Assembly: GCA_045837725.1 (NCBI GenBank) | Contig: JBEWZL010000289.1 | Location: 1-64,000 of the forward strand | Source of the DNA: Vermamoeba vermiformis | Taxonomy: Eukaryota | Direction of reading: 5' to 3' | Length of the DNA stretch: 64,000 nucleotides | In this document: in pieces, positions 38,123 through 50,465 of the stretch | Position numbering within the stretch: position 1 is the stretch's first letter | Layout: every line of letters starts with the position of its first letter | Translations under genes and position numbers: made by a program | Notes under the pieces: generated by a model | Database searches by the model: none | Seen by the model: the letters and a program-made list of their open reading frames with translations, nothing else | Told to the model about the DNA's origin: nothing

Positions 38123-41100
38123 TCAAAAATCTACATTCGCGTTTGGTAGCCATTTCTTCATGATATTAATAACTGACTTCTTAGTGATTGGCTTCGATAA
38201 ATAGTCACTCATTCCGGCATCGAAACACTTTTCCCGGTCTCCGAGCAACGCGTTGGCCGTGACCGCAATAATTGGCGTGTGTTTGAACGCTTCAAAACTA
38301 CGCTTTTTTGCAGCCAAACTGAACTCGTATTCTCTTAACAACCGAGTAGCCGCATAGCCATCAAGCTCTAGCATAAAAGATTATTGAATAATTTTATCGC
38401 GAGATCCGACAGCTAATTTTCTTACCAGGCATATAGCAGTCCATAAATATAAGATCGTATTGTTTATGTTCTACCGTCACAAGGTTGAACGCTTCTTGGC
38501 CGTCGTTGGCAACCTCGATCTATAAGCGCAATAGTTAAAATCACTTGCCTAATAAGGAAATCGTTACGTGAACATACCTCGCAACCCATCTTTCGCAACA
38601 TGCCGACCATGAGTGCTTGATTCACAGGATGATCTTCGACCACTAAAATGTGCGGGCGTGTCGTTTGCGATGGATTGACGTGCGCTTGTTGCGTGAATGA
38701 GAATGACTTGGTGAGCTGGACCTTAACGTTTGGTGGCACGCCGAGGTATTGTTTGTTCTGAGAAAAGTTTAGTTCATGTTAATGGCAAGGAAAACGAATG
38801 TCAATAATTATTCTCGCGTCGCAAAATAAAGCATGAACTATAATTTAAAAAAACTTACTGATTTCTCGTCTTTGTCGTGCAGATCCAAATTTGGTGAGGT
38901 TTGTGTAGCGACAGATCTCAGTGGAATAGTGAACCAGAAAGTCGATCCTTTGCCTTCCTCGCTTTCAACACCGATCTCGCCGTGCATGACCGCTACGAGC
39001 TTCTTGCAAATAGATAAGCCCAAGCCTTATTTGGAAGCAAATTAGATCCAGCGATTCGATTGGGAAATAATAGCACGTACCAGTTCCACCGTACTTTCTT
39101 CGCGTCGAGTTGTTGGCTTGAGTGAAAGGCTGAAACAAACGTTGTTGAACGTCTTTTGATATTCCAATACCAGAATCTTGGACCTATAGCAACGCTGGTT
39201 AGACTCCTAGTGTGACGCGGATCTGATGACAGGTGTCAAAGTGTAACTTCTAATACTTACAGTGAATATGATATCAGTTGGTTTTATGGCCTCATCACCG
39301 GCATTGGCGGCCTCGGCAAGTTCCGGAGACTGCTCAGGGACTTTGACTTTAGTGTACTTGCCACCACTGTCTTTGACAGCACGCATAGCTTTCACTGAAA
39401 TCGTGCCTTGAGCTGGCGTAAATTTGATTGCATTGGACACAAGGTTCGTTAAGATTTGACCAATACGACCTAAGTATCAAGGGTAAGTTAGAGCCGGGTC
39501 AGGGAAGGATCCAGTTGACACGTGTCAAAGTGTCATAAAATATTTTGGTTCAAAACTTACCTTCATCACCAACAAATGACGATTTGTTAATTTCATCGTC
39601 TATTTCGACTGACATGCTGATTAACTTGTTTTTCAAGGCCACTCCAAACATATTCAATTGGTTATCGATGAGTTGTCGGACAGTAAACTCGATATTTTCC
39701 TGTCAAAATTTCTAAGTTAAAAATCACGTTGCTGAAATTTCTGATCATCGATCTATTATTAAGCTGGCAATGATTTTCCTTATTTTTCGAAATTTCAACT
39801 TACGAGCTCGATTTTTCCTGCGTCAATTTTGCTCAGATCCAAAATGTCATTGATGAGCATCAACAAGTGCGTGCTGGAGTTTTGAACCGTGTCCAAGTAC
39901 CGCTTTTGCTCTTCATCTAAATGCGTGTCCGCGAGTAATTCCGTCATTCCAATAATTCCGTTCAACGGCGTTCTCATTTCGTGGCTAAATGTGAGAAATA
40001 TGCGACATTAGTACCAGAATCCAATGGATAATTACAGCAGTAAGAAAAGATAGCATTCAAAAGTCCGATAAATGTCCGTAGCAGCGCAACAAAATGAATT
40101 TCCAACTCGCTGCAAAACGATTGGTCAAACTCGTAAGATAACGCATCGCACTACTAAAAACGATGAATCGAATCTTGAGATATAATTATAACTGCCTCGT
40201 TGAAACTTTATCAGATCCGGTGCTTGGATGAAAAAAAACTGCTTGAAGAAAGATTTGTAAAGATTAACGTACCTCATTGTAGCCAAAAATTCACTTTTCA
40301 ACATGGCAGCTTCCCGCGCACTAGCCTCGCTGATAGCCAAGCGCGCAGCTTCTTTTCTGATCGTAATATCTTTGGCCACGATAATCAGACCAGGATGGTG
40401 TTCCAAATCGGGAAAAAACGGTGCAAAATGACACTCGAGGATGTGATTATTGAACGTCAGTTCTGCTGAAAATCTTTCGCCGCTCAATCCTCGCTTGTAG
40501 TAGCTACATTAGGAAAAAAGTTAACAATTAGTTCGGAGAAAGCTTCGGAGTTTATCTTTGCGTTAAATTGTTGCAAAGTTAATTCGATTAAAGTGCGTTA
40601 GTAAACTTACTCGATATATTGATTAGTGCCTAATTGAGCCATAGTCTCGTAAAAAGTTTTGTTCAAGAACCAACTTTGTTGCAAGCCCACGACTTCGAGA
40701 CCCTTTCCCTCGCACAATGTGCACAACCCCTAATTATTATAATAGTGCTAATTAGTTAATGAATCATCTGATAAATACAAAATCGATCGGCCTGTTCACC
40801 GCGAAATTTCCGGGGAACCTATTCGTTGCACGAGGCCGAACTCGATTTGTGCTTTTCTTACCGTATGATCGGTGACCATAACCAATACAGGAAAATTTGA
40901 TATTACTGATTTGAGATAGACCTCTGCTGCACGCGCTTTATCTTCGGCTAACTGCTGATCGTGGATGTCGGTTGCAGTTCCAATGTAAGAAGTGATGTGA
41001 CCGTCGTTAGAACGCACGACTACCGCTCTAGTCAAGTGCCATCGATAGAGTCCTATAATTGTAGATGAGATTAGGATGTCTTCTGAAAATCGTTCACTGA

Positions 41101-42577
41101 AAACCTGTTTGTGTCTTCCAAAATTCATGAAACGCAAAGTATATTTCTGAATATACCCTCCTCCAATGAATTACTATGCCGTTATACTATAGATAACTTA
41201 CCATCAATAGCGCACCTCAGTCGGAATTTTTTCTCAAAACTTTGTCCCGCTCTGACGCAAGCTTCCCACTGTTTCAAAAGTTCGGGCAGATCTTCCGGAT
41301 GCACCGAAATAGTCCAGCCTCTATTCACCGTTTCGCCAAGCGACGTACCGCAATAAGCTGATCGATAATGTCAGATACTATAATAAGAAAGATTTCATCG
41401 GTTTTTTTAATTTTTGTCTGATCGCGACCAGACAAATAAAAAACGTGCTTATCAATCATGGCGATACTCTGAGTATCAAATCCATTAAAAATATAAACGA
41501 CACTCACCTAGCCATTTTGAATTGAAATAATCGGCATTTCCGTTCGCATCTGTCGTAAAAACCTTCTGTGGAATGGATTCGACCAATAATCTGAACTCGT
41601 GCTCGGATTTCGTATTAACAGTCGCTGAAGGCATATCAAATAACGACTGCAACTTAAATTTTGAAATGTCTTGAATGGCTGCAATCACCGCCCGAACTTT
41701 TTTCGGTGCTTGCGTTGAACGAAGGAGAATATCCGCATCTGTGGGCGAGTCGCGCAAATTAATGCTCTTATCAGTATCTGTAGTCTCGTATTCTATTTCG
41801 CCATGGCAATGTATCCATCGGATCTGCTCCGTGCCGCTCTCGCCAGGAACTACGATCCTGTACTCGACTTCAAATGTGTTGTCTTCATTAATAACAATTC
41901 TTCGTCGCTCGCCGTTTATAATGTGCTTATTTAAGTCTTGTTGTAATATCGCGGGACTGTCATTGAATCTTTTAATCCCCGCGTGTAAATCTGTCCAGAT
42001 TTCTCGATCTTCTTGTAGACACGTTTGAATTAGTCTTTCTGTCGTGATAATGCTGTCACTATCATAATGATATATATCATATATTCCTCGAGTGCATTCT
42101 AATTCTCCAGTAAATACATCCAGACACCAGCCGCTAATTTTTGCCAGATTAAGCAATTTCGCCGCGAAGTGGCTCGGCTTCGTCTACAGTAAGAATATTA
42201 TTCGTTAATAACATGACGTAAAACATGTAATGATTCAATATACTTGGATCCGAACTAACCTTATGACTGGTCGTCATGCTGTATAAACCTGCTGTTGCTT
42301 CAACTGCATTGCTTTGGTAGTCTATCATTACTGGTTCATGAAAAAATAACAACCAATTTTTTGCAATTTAGAATGCCAATCGGTTATTGATGCAGATTAT
42401 ATTGCGCGGGGAGAAACTGATGTAGATCCCCAACGAATTCCGCTCGGCTGTTTCTGTTTGTGTGTCAGCAAGCACAATGTACGAAGAACGGTTATTAGGA
42501 GAATGAGGCAGGGTAAAGAATAAGGGTTTGAGCGAGAGTTTTTGTTTGATTTCGTTAAGCTCCACCGGACTAGACAT
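38123..42577 (-). CDS. Hybrid sensor histidine kinase (PAS/PAC + HisKA + HATPase + receiver)
   Basis: [74 protein letters not shown]...[12 protein letters not shown]-type YFNSKW, YRWHL. Confidence 0.92.
39516..39535. repeat. Intronic element (shorter copy)
   Basis: TGACACGTGTCAAAGTGTCA inside a histidine kinase intron. Confidence 0.65.
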
Positions 42578-43056
42578 CCCGATCGGGTGACTGAAAACAA
42601 TTCGTTAGAACGTTCTTATGGTTGTCCCCGAATTTACGATCAGCATCAGGCCTGTACAATGCGAGTTCTATTTAGCATTATGTGAAGGGTCATGGATTTG
42701 ATTCTTCCAGATCGCAAAAAACAAAAACCCAAGAAATTTTAAAAAATCCAAGTAAAGCGTCACATATTGTCGAAAAATATGTAAGTAAGCATGACGGTGT
42801 TAAACTTACCAAAGGTTGTTCCTTGGAATCCAGATTTAGTGTCACGCATGAACCAAGGATCTAACGAGCATATCTGTGCATTAACATATTCTTACAGTTA
42901 ACGTTCGCTCCCTCGGAGGCAAAATCACGTAATTTCCGGCAACAAGCAACAGATCGATTATAGTCCATCTGCGCACGTGCTGCCTTCTCGGTCGTTACCC
43001 GGCTGCCAAACAAATATGAGCACTATGCAGGCCATTTTTACAATAGAGTGATCACA

Positions 43057-45349
43057 CTATTTATTGTTTTGTGGTTGTTGCCGGTTGGTCATCTTTGTAA
43101 TGTGGTTTTTGAGGTCAATGTGCTCGTGATTGAGTAACACGCCGAACAGAGCCCTTCGTGACCGCATTCGGTCTTCACTAACATTCTTATTGAAACCAGT
43201 GAACATACCACCGTACTCGTCGTCTGAGTCATCGTCGTCCGACTTGTCGTTGAGGTCAATAGGACCAAACTGGGCACGCAGGTAAGCGTACGGATGTGAC
43301 AGGCAAGAGCAGTCTCCAATGATCTTTTCCATTTCTTCTGTTAGCGATTTAGCTGCCGACGAAAAGTCGTTGATGTCATGCAAAGCAGCACTACGGGTAA
43401 AGTGTTAGTTCGATTGTTACGTGGATGCAGAGAATTTAGAATCTTTACCGGTAAAGTCCGAGATCGCACAAAGCACACGCTCGTTTCCAAAGAGTCTTCG
43501 GATGACGAGGTTCCATACATTGTGCACGAGAGCTCCACTTGATAATCTTCCAGTTGAGTTCCTCTTTGGCTTTCGGATCTGTTACCGTCGTCTTAAGGCG
43601 CGAGTACGCCTCGGCTAAGTTACTATACAAAGCCACTATAAGCTCTTTCTGTGATTCAGGGCAGTAGAAGATGGCGTCTTGATAGCATTTGATGGCGACT
43701 TGCAAGTTTGTGCCGATATTCTTGTTGCCTTCATCTTTCAACTTCTTCGCCTTCTCAATACGTGCTTTACCCGCAGCGTTCGTTGCAGTGTGATTTTTAG
43801 CGATGTTTTGCACGAGCTCGTCGATGCAATCTTTCTCCTGTTGGTTGGCTGGCTTGTAGTTCGGAACTTCATAGTACGGCTGCAATGCTTTTTCAGCCAA
43901 CATTTGGCCAAGTTGCGTGATCTTGCCCTAAAAAGGAAATATTTGCAATTAATTTAACAAAGCTTCGTCAAAGATATATCGTATACTTACATCGTTGTCT
44001 TCAAACCAGCCGTATTTGCTGTCACCAATAATGTCGCCCCAGTATTCAAATGCACGTGCTCGTGAGTCATCGTTCGAAATGCACGCGAGAATAACTTTCA
44101 ACAACCGATCGTGGTTCGGGAGAGGTCCTCGACCGTTCTCTTGGATCGCGCGGACGACGTTGGGATTATTTAGAATCGTCTTGCGGCCTAATTCCGTTGA
44201 AGCCATTGACTCTAATGTCATTCCACCCCACATAGCACTTGTCCAAATAAGGTTAGACGAGAGGAACGAGGAGGAGTACTTACATTGAACCAAATTCATC
44301 GGGTGTTTCAGTGAGTTGGTTCTCGTAGTAAAAGCTAATCGGCATCATATCGAACAAGTGTGGGTTGTCAATAAAAATTTGAGTGCCCTACAAGCGCAAG
44401 ATGAGCACGTGCTTAGATGTTATAAAAGTAAATTGTTACCTTTAAAGGCTCGGCTGCGAAATACAAGTGAACGATGAGTCCTGACCAAGAACGCAAGTTT
44501 TCCATCCAAACAAAGCCAAGGAAAGTCGCCTCGTCGGATCCACCTTCGCCTCGTGTCATCAGATCAACGTCCAAAGGTTTTCTAATAAGCATATTAGCAT
44601 GAATAATATCATTTAAAAGATATTACCGTTTGCTAGGCTTTTGAAGGAATTCAGTGTATGCTTTAGTCCACGAGGTCAAAAAGTATTCGAGTGCTAATTT
44701 GACGACGTCGGGTGTGAAGAGGTGAATGAACTCCTCGCCAGCTAACGTGCTCAAGCCACGGCACGCCGTCCTTGCTTCAGTCCAGCCAAGCTCTCCACGA
44801 TATAGCCTCATGAAGTAGTCGAAGGCACCTACGAAGTGTTAGTGGATCGTGAAAAGTGGTCGGATCTAACGTACCTTCATTAACGGCTTTTTTTCGCAAT
44901 TTTTTATCTGATACAATAGAGGACAAAATGTGCGCACAATAATAGGCCAGAAAGTTGTTTTGGTCGAATTCTCTGAACTCTTCATCGTCAATGCATTTGT
45001 TACCGACGTCCACGAGGGCCTTAATCATGCCTACCACAATAAAATGCTATAAATCATTATCGAATAAAGCGTAATTATTTTTGCTTACCAGCATCAACAA
45101 ACACTTTGTGGGTCGCTGAGATTGCGTCGTCATAGGTAGGATTATTATAAGCCTGAGAAATGGAGTGGAACAGAGAGCTTATGGGCATTACAAGTCCTAA
45201 ACAGAATTAATTAAAATAAAAAAACGAAGAATAAAAGAAAAATTCAGATGAGAACGCCAGTTGGTTTAAGTACTCGAATTTACATCAAATTAATTATATG
45301 AAAATTAATAAACAATTTTACCTTCTTCTTTTCCGCCACTGACGACCAT
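43057..45349 (-). CDS. Helical-repeat protein with C-terminal TPR module
   Basis: AKKLKDEGNKNIG..AIKCYQDAI..LYSNLAEAY..KTLWKRACAL TPR pattern; multi-exon. Confidence 0.65.
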
Positions 45350-45553
45350 GTCAGCAAAAACTTCTTTTAATAATGCCAATTGCTCCTTTGGCGACTTAAG
45401 CTTATTTACTTCATAAAATCTATTAAAACCTTTCGGTTTGTATTCCATTGTGGTTGTCTAGGGATTGGTAATAGTTTAAATAAATTATTTTGTGCGCGCC
45501 AAAATTTTTTTGTTCAAAATCTTTTGTTTTATGGATGCAACACGAAGCACAAC

Positions 45554-48500
45554 ATGAGCTCTTCAATATTCCCCTTTCAAGAGCTGCCGTCTGATATTAA
45601 GACGCAAATATTTTCTTACATTAATTTTGAAGATTGGATCTTCGTCTTGTCACGCGTGTGCGCAGAATGGAAGTATGTCGCAATTATTTCTTTTAATAAT
45701 TAATTAGGAAATAATAATACGATTAGCATCTTAGTAATAAGACTACTCTTATCGAAAAATTTTCATTAATTTATTGTTGCATCCAGAAAATTATGCCTGA
45801 ATTCAACCTTACCAAAAACGATCGATGGAGACATGTATAAAGAAGACTACGATTACGAGCGTATTAATTTCGACAAATTGCTCAAACTTGGTCAACAATA
45901 CAATGTTACAGGCCTTGTCTCGCCCTTGCAAATGACCATGAAAATGGTTCTAAAAATTGCTCGTGTAATTCCACGAATTACTTGGATTGAGGCTGTTACA
46001 TCCGACCGTAATTATGGACGAAGTAAAAGGAAGAACGAAGTACTCGATCCCGTTCCGAACGCAATTACGCATTTTAATACTTCGCTAGGTATGTCCAAAT
46101 AATTATTGAAATTATTAATACCATAATTTAGACACTAAAATTTCGTTGGCTGATATTGCAAAATACTTGCCTAATTTGACAACTTTGTACTACAAAAATG
46201 GAGTCAAATTAGATGAGCTTCAAAAAGTCGATTTTAAATTTGAAAAGCTCAAAGTCCTTCGTGTCGGTGTACCCAGAAATGTTGTTCAACCTAAAATTCG
46301 TCGAAGAGACCGAAGACAACGTGTTGATGCAAGCACGCAATTGATCGGGCTCATCCAAGCTTTCAAAAATATCGCACCAAACTTAGAAGTAAGCCAACAT
46401 TTTGGGCGCATATAATATTAATAATATGTAGGTTCTGTACATGTTTTATCAATTGCCGAGAGGACAACCGGCTGTAGCTTTGGATCGAGAATTTTCTGCT
46501 TTAGAAGAGGCCGCCAGAAAGATCGGAATTCGATTAATTTGCAGAGATTTACTGCAAATATTAAATCCTGCATACGTTGAAGATCCGCAAGGCAAATTCT
46601 TTTTGCGCTGTTTCAAACAAAATGGACTGCCGTACCACGCTTATACTGTCGACGAAACCGTAAGTCTTTGCAAGAATTTATTTTCGCCATATTTGGCTAA
46701 TGGGGTCTATAGACGCTACTATCGCAAGCTATTTTGCAATTGAACGTGCCAGTAGTGAAGAAAATTTTTGCAAAGAATATGACGAATTTGCATTACGAAC
46801 TGACAGCAGTGTGCGAGACCAGCCGAGTTGCGTTCAGTGAATACCCATTAGTGGCATATCAAATGCGCGAAGGAAGATTTAGAACGGAATATCTCTTGCC
46901 CGAAGCCACCGGCGCCAAATCACAGCAGATCGTGGATCTGTTGCGCGAGAAAGGTTACGACATCAACACGAAATTGTTCTTGAGATACAGCAAAAAATTA
47001 GTGGAGACACCAGTCTGGTCCGAATTGAACTTCTCTTATTCCTCCGTACGACGACTATTCGAAGATTATTCCATGCCGATCCAGTGGTTCGCAAGTGGCA
47101 GAAAAGGACTCACTCGTAAGTCTCAGTAATTTTAATTATGTTGATTCATGCATTAATTATCTACCATAGTTGCACATAAGTTTGTTATTAGCCGTGGAAC
47201 TCCTATCTTTTTGGATCTGATGGAGCAACAGCTGAGCAAAGAACAGATCTCAGAATTAATGAGCATTAAAGACCATGAAGGCAATACGCCAGTACATCTA
47301 TTCAGCGATGCTAGTGTTGCGACTATCGATCGATTATTACCATACGTGAAGCACTGCTGGACCATAAGAAATAACAAGTACGCGGCACGCATCATTTTCC
47401 ATTTTATACTAACATTTACAATTTTCCAGGAACGAAAATCCGTTACAACACTACATTAAGCGATGCAAAGAAATGTCAATCGATATTAAGGAACCCAAAT
47501 TGAGAAGTAAACATGAATTTTTTATGACTGGATCTGACATACTTTTGTGTATTAGGAATTCTACAAGAGACGCCCGAACTCGACGCTGGCGTGGTTTATT
47601 CGTTGTTCGAGGCTAGCACACCGGAAGTATTAACGCAAGTTGTTCCGCTGTTGGCTGCAAAGGGCGCTAACTTCAAAGAAAGTGGCAAACTTGGCCGCGC
47701 TTTTTTCCTCAAACAAACAATGCCTTTATTGACCGTAAGCACGCGATATTATTTCTAACACATATATAAAGATTATTCATCCTATTGTAGGCGTTAAAAG
47801 AGGTTGGCGTTGATTTGACCGAAAGTGACGAAAATGGCAATAATATTCTTCACGGGCTGTTTTGGCCTATATCAGATTATGGCCGATGGAAAGTCGACGC
47901 AGATGCGCTGAAATTTGCCATTAAAGAGGGCGCTAACATCAATCAGATCAACAAAGCTGGTGAAACGCCGTTAATTAAGGCTGTTAACCACCGAGTCAAA
48001 AACCTTGAAGAGTCCATTAACGTGTTGCTAGAACATGGTGCTGATGTAAGTACAACATAGGGAGCCCTTATTTTATTACCAGTAAATTTACACCAAAAAA
48101 TAACTTATCAATAATCATCATTAAAATTACAAGCGTCGTGCCACACTTTGATTAGTTCTAATCTAATTAAGAAACATTAATTAATTCTAACGCACGTTCA
48201 TTTAGCCAAATCTTCACGGCGACGATCAATTGACGCCACTCTTACGCGCGTGTCAATTGTCCAAAGTCTTCGACGAGGCTCTTGAAGCGTTGCTCAAGGG
48301 CGGTGCCAAGCCATTCAGCGTGAGAACTAGCGTGGGCTATTTCCATCCTCTGCTGTCGTGCGTGCAACATGGCTGCAGTGCCAAGCGATTCAGACTTCTC
48401 CTTGAAGCTGGTAAGTCCTCAATTGATAATTTTTTTTATAAGAATTTTTTGGTTTTTTTTTTAATTATTTACCTACGAGCTCCGCTACGGATCCGACAAA

Positions 48501-50146
48501 ACACTCAATTATTGCAGCATTTTAATCTATTTTGGTGTAATATTGCTAATATGTTATGAATTACTATAATAGGTGCGGATGTTCAAGAACGAGATGACGT
48601 TGGAAATTCACTTTTGCATGCATTTATGAGTCAAAGTTCGAACGCATTGCAACCCAAAAAACAAAAGATTTTTGAGTTGTTAGTGAAGCACATCGATATT
48701 AACGATACGAATTATAATGGAGACACACCTTTGCATAACGGTAAGTTCGTGGATCCACTACAAAAATTGTTTCCGGATCCAAAAATTTGTCGTCATTTTT
48801 GTTGCGCGATTGTGTACTAATATCATTAATATAGCCTCTAATCTCGAATTTGTTAAATGGGCCTTAGCTCACGGCGCAGACATCAATGCACGAAACAAGT
48901 TTGGTGACACGCCATTCCATACGCGAAAAATGCGTTATTTGTGGCATGATGAAGACAAAGACGTTTTGAAAGTTTTCGTTAGAAATCCTAAAGTGGGTAA
49001 GTAGCTATAGACCAATCTGCTTGAGTTTTTGCTACTTTGAGCGGCGGATTCGGATCGAATTATTTTCAAACTTTTTTGGATTACGCGTTATTTATTTGAG
49101 AATTAGTATTAATGGAGTAATTTTATTATTAGATTGGACGGCAGTTAATGCGAACAAAGTCACAATGCTGCATTATTTATGCCACTATCCGATCTCGCTC
49201 TACTATTTTGTTCATGAAGTCTTTCCAAGCAAGACACCCGAAGAGCAACAAAAAATCAAAGAAGCGTTTGCCACGCATAGCGAGTTCCACGAGAACGCTT
49301 TGTTTGAGGCCTCTCAAAAGCACTTCTTGGATGCAGCCAAGATCTGCGTCGAAAATTTCGGAATTTCTCCGGCTTGGAAGTCCCATCAAACGCCATTGCA
49401 CATATTAACGTACGTAATATAGAATTTATACGCTTTATCGGTCCTCATTATATTCTTAGTGCCTTGAAATCGGATCCAACAAGATCGCACATGCGAGTTG
49501 TTGGGTACTTGTTAGACAACGGTGCTGATGTGAATGCGCAAGAATATTCAGCAGGCAATACACCCCTTCATTTTGCTTTGAAGGTCGGAAACGTCGAGCT
49601 AGTCAAAATATTATTGGAGGTAAGTCTATGATTTTACATTAGCGGCGGATCTGACTGGCTTTTTTGTAGCGCGGAGCTGATCCAAATATCAAAAATAAAT
49701 CAGGCAAATCACCGCTCGATATAGCACCTGATTTGCTCACCAGATACAGAGGATGTAAGTACTGCTTCGATCCAATCGAATGATCCGAATCTAACTTCTC
49801 TTTAGCTGGCATGAAATGGCGCATGGAGCCTCGTCAACCACCCACTGAAGATATGCGCGAGATGGTTAAAGCGCACGAAGAAGCTGAAGAAGAAAGACGC
49901 CAAGAAGACGAAATGAGCGAAGAAGATGCGAGCAACGACGAACTGATTAATAGCGACAACGAGAATGAATATGGTCCTAATTATAATGAAATTGATGAAA
50001 ATGATCTCGACAACGAATTTGACGAGGATATGGATAGTCAAGAAGAGGATGAGGACGAAGAGGGAAGCGGATCTGAAGAGGGCGAAGACGAAGATGAAAA
50101 TGACGAAGACGACGAGGCGAGCACTAGTGAAGAAGATATGTATTAA
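45554..50146 (+). CDS. F-box + ankyrin-repeat protein with acidic C-terminal tail
   Basis: FQELPSDIKTQIFSYI..LSRVCAEW F-box; many ankyrin motifs (GNTPVH, GETPLIKA, GDTPLH, GNTPLHFA, GKSPLDIA); D/E-rich tail. Confidence 0.8.
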
Positions 50147-50465
50147 TGAGTAATGATCTAATTTATTTGAGATGAAATTAAATGAGCTGAACTTGCACGA
50201 CAATTTTTAATTTTATTTTGCGTGAAGCCACTAAGAGCTCTCCATTCGGACCCCGAGTTCAACGAACAACTGTTTTATTTTATATGTGCCTACAGCTTAG
50301 TTTATTCATTAATATTCGACAGTGAAGTAATAGTATCAAATTTCAGCTGGCTGTACCAGGCGTAGATTCAATGCCGCAACAGGTAACCAGGCTATTTTTA
50401 AATTAATTTATTTCAACGTTGATTCAAAGAAAGAAACGGTTGATTAATATTAAGTCCGTATTTAT

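Noticed and set aside
49802-50203. Hydrophobic minus-strand ORF resembling a membrane protein
   Set aside because: Antisense of the D/E-rich tail codons
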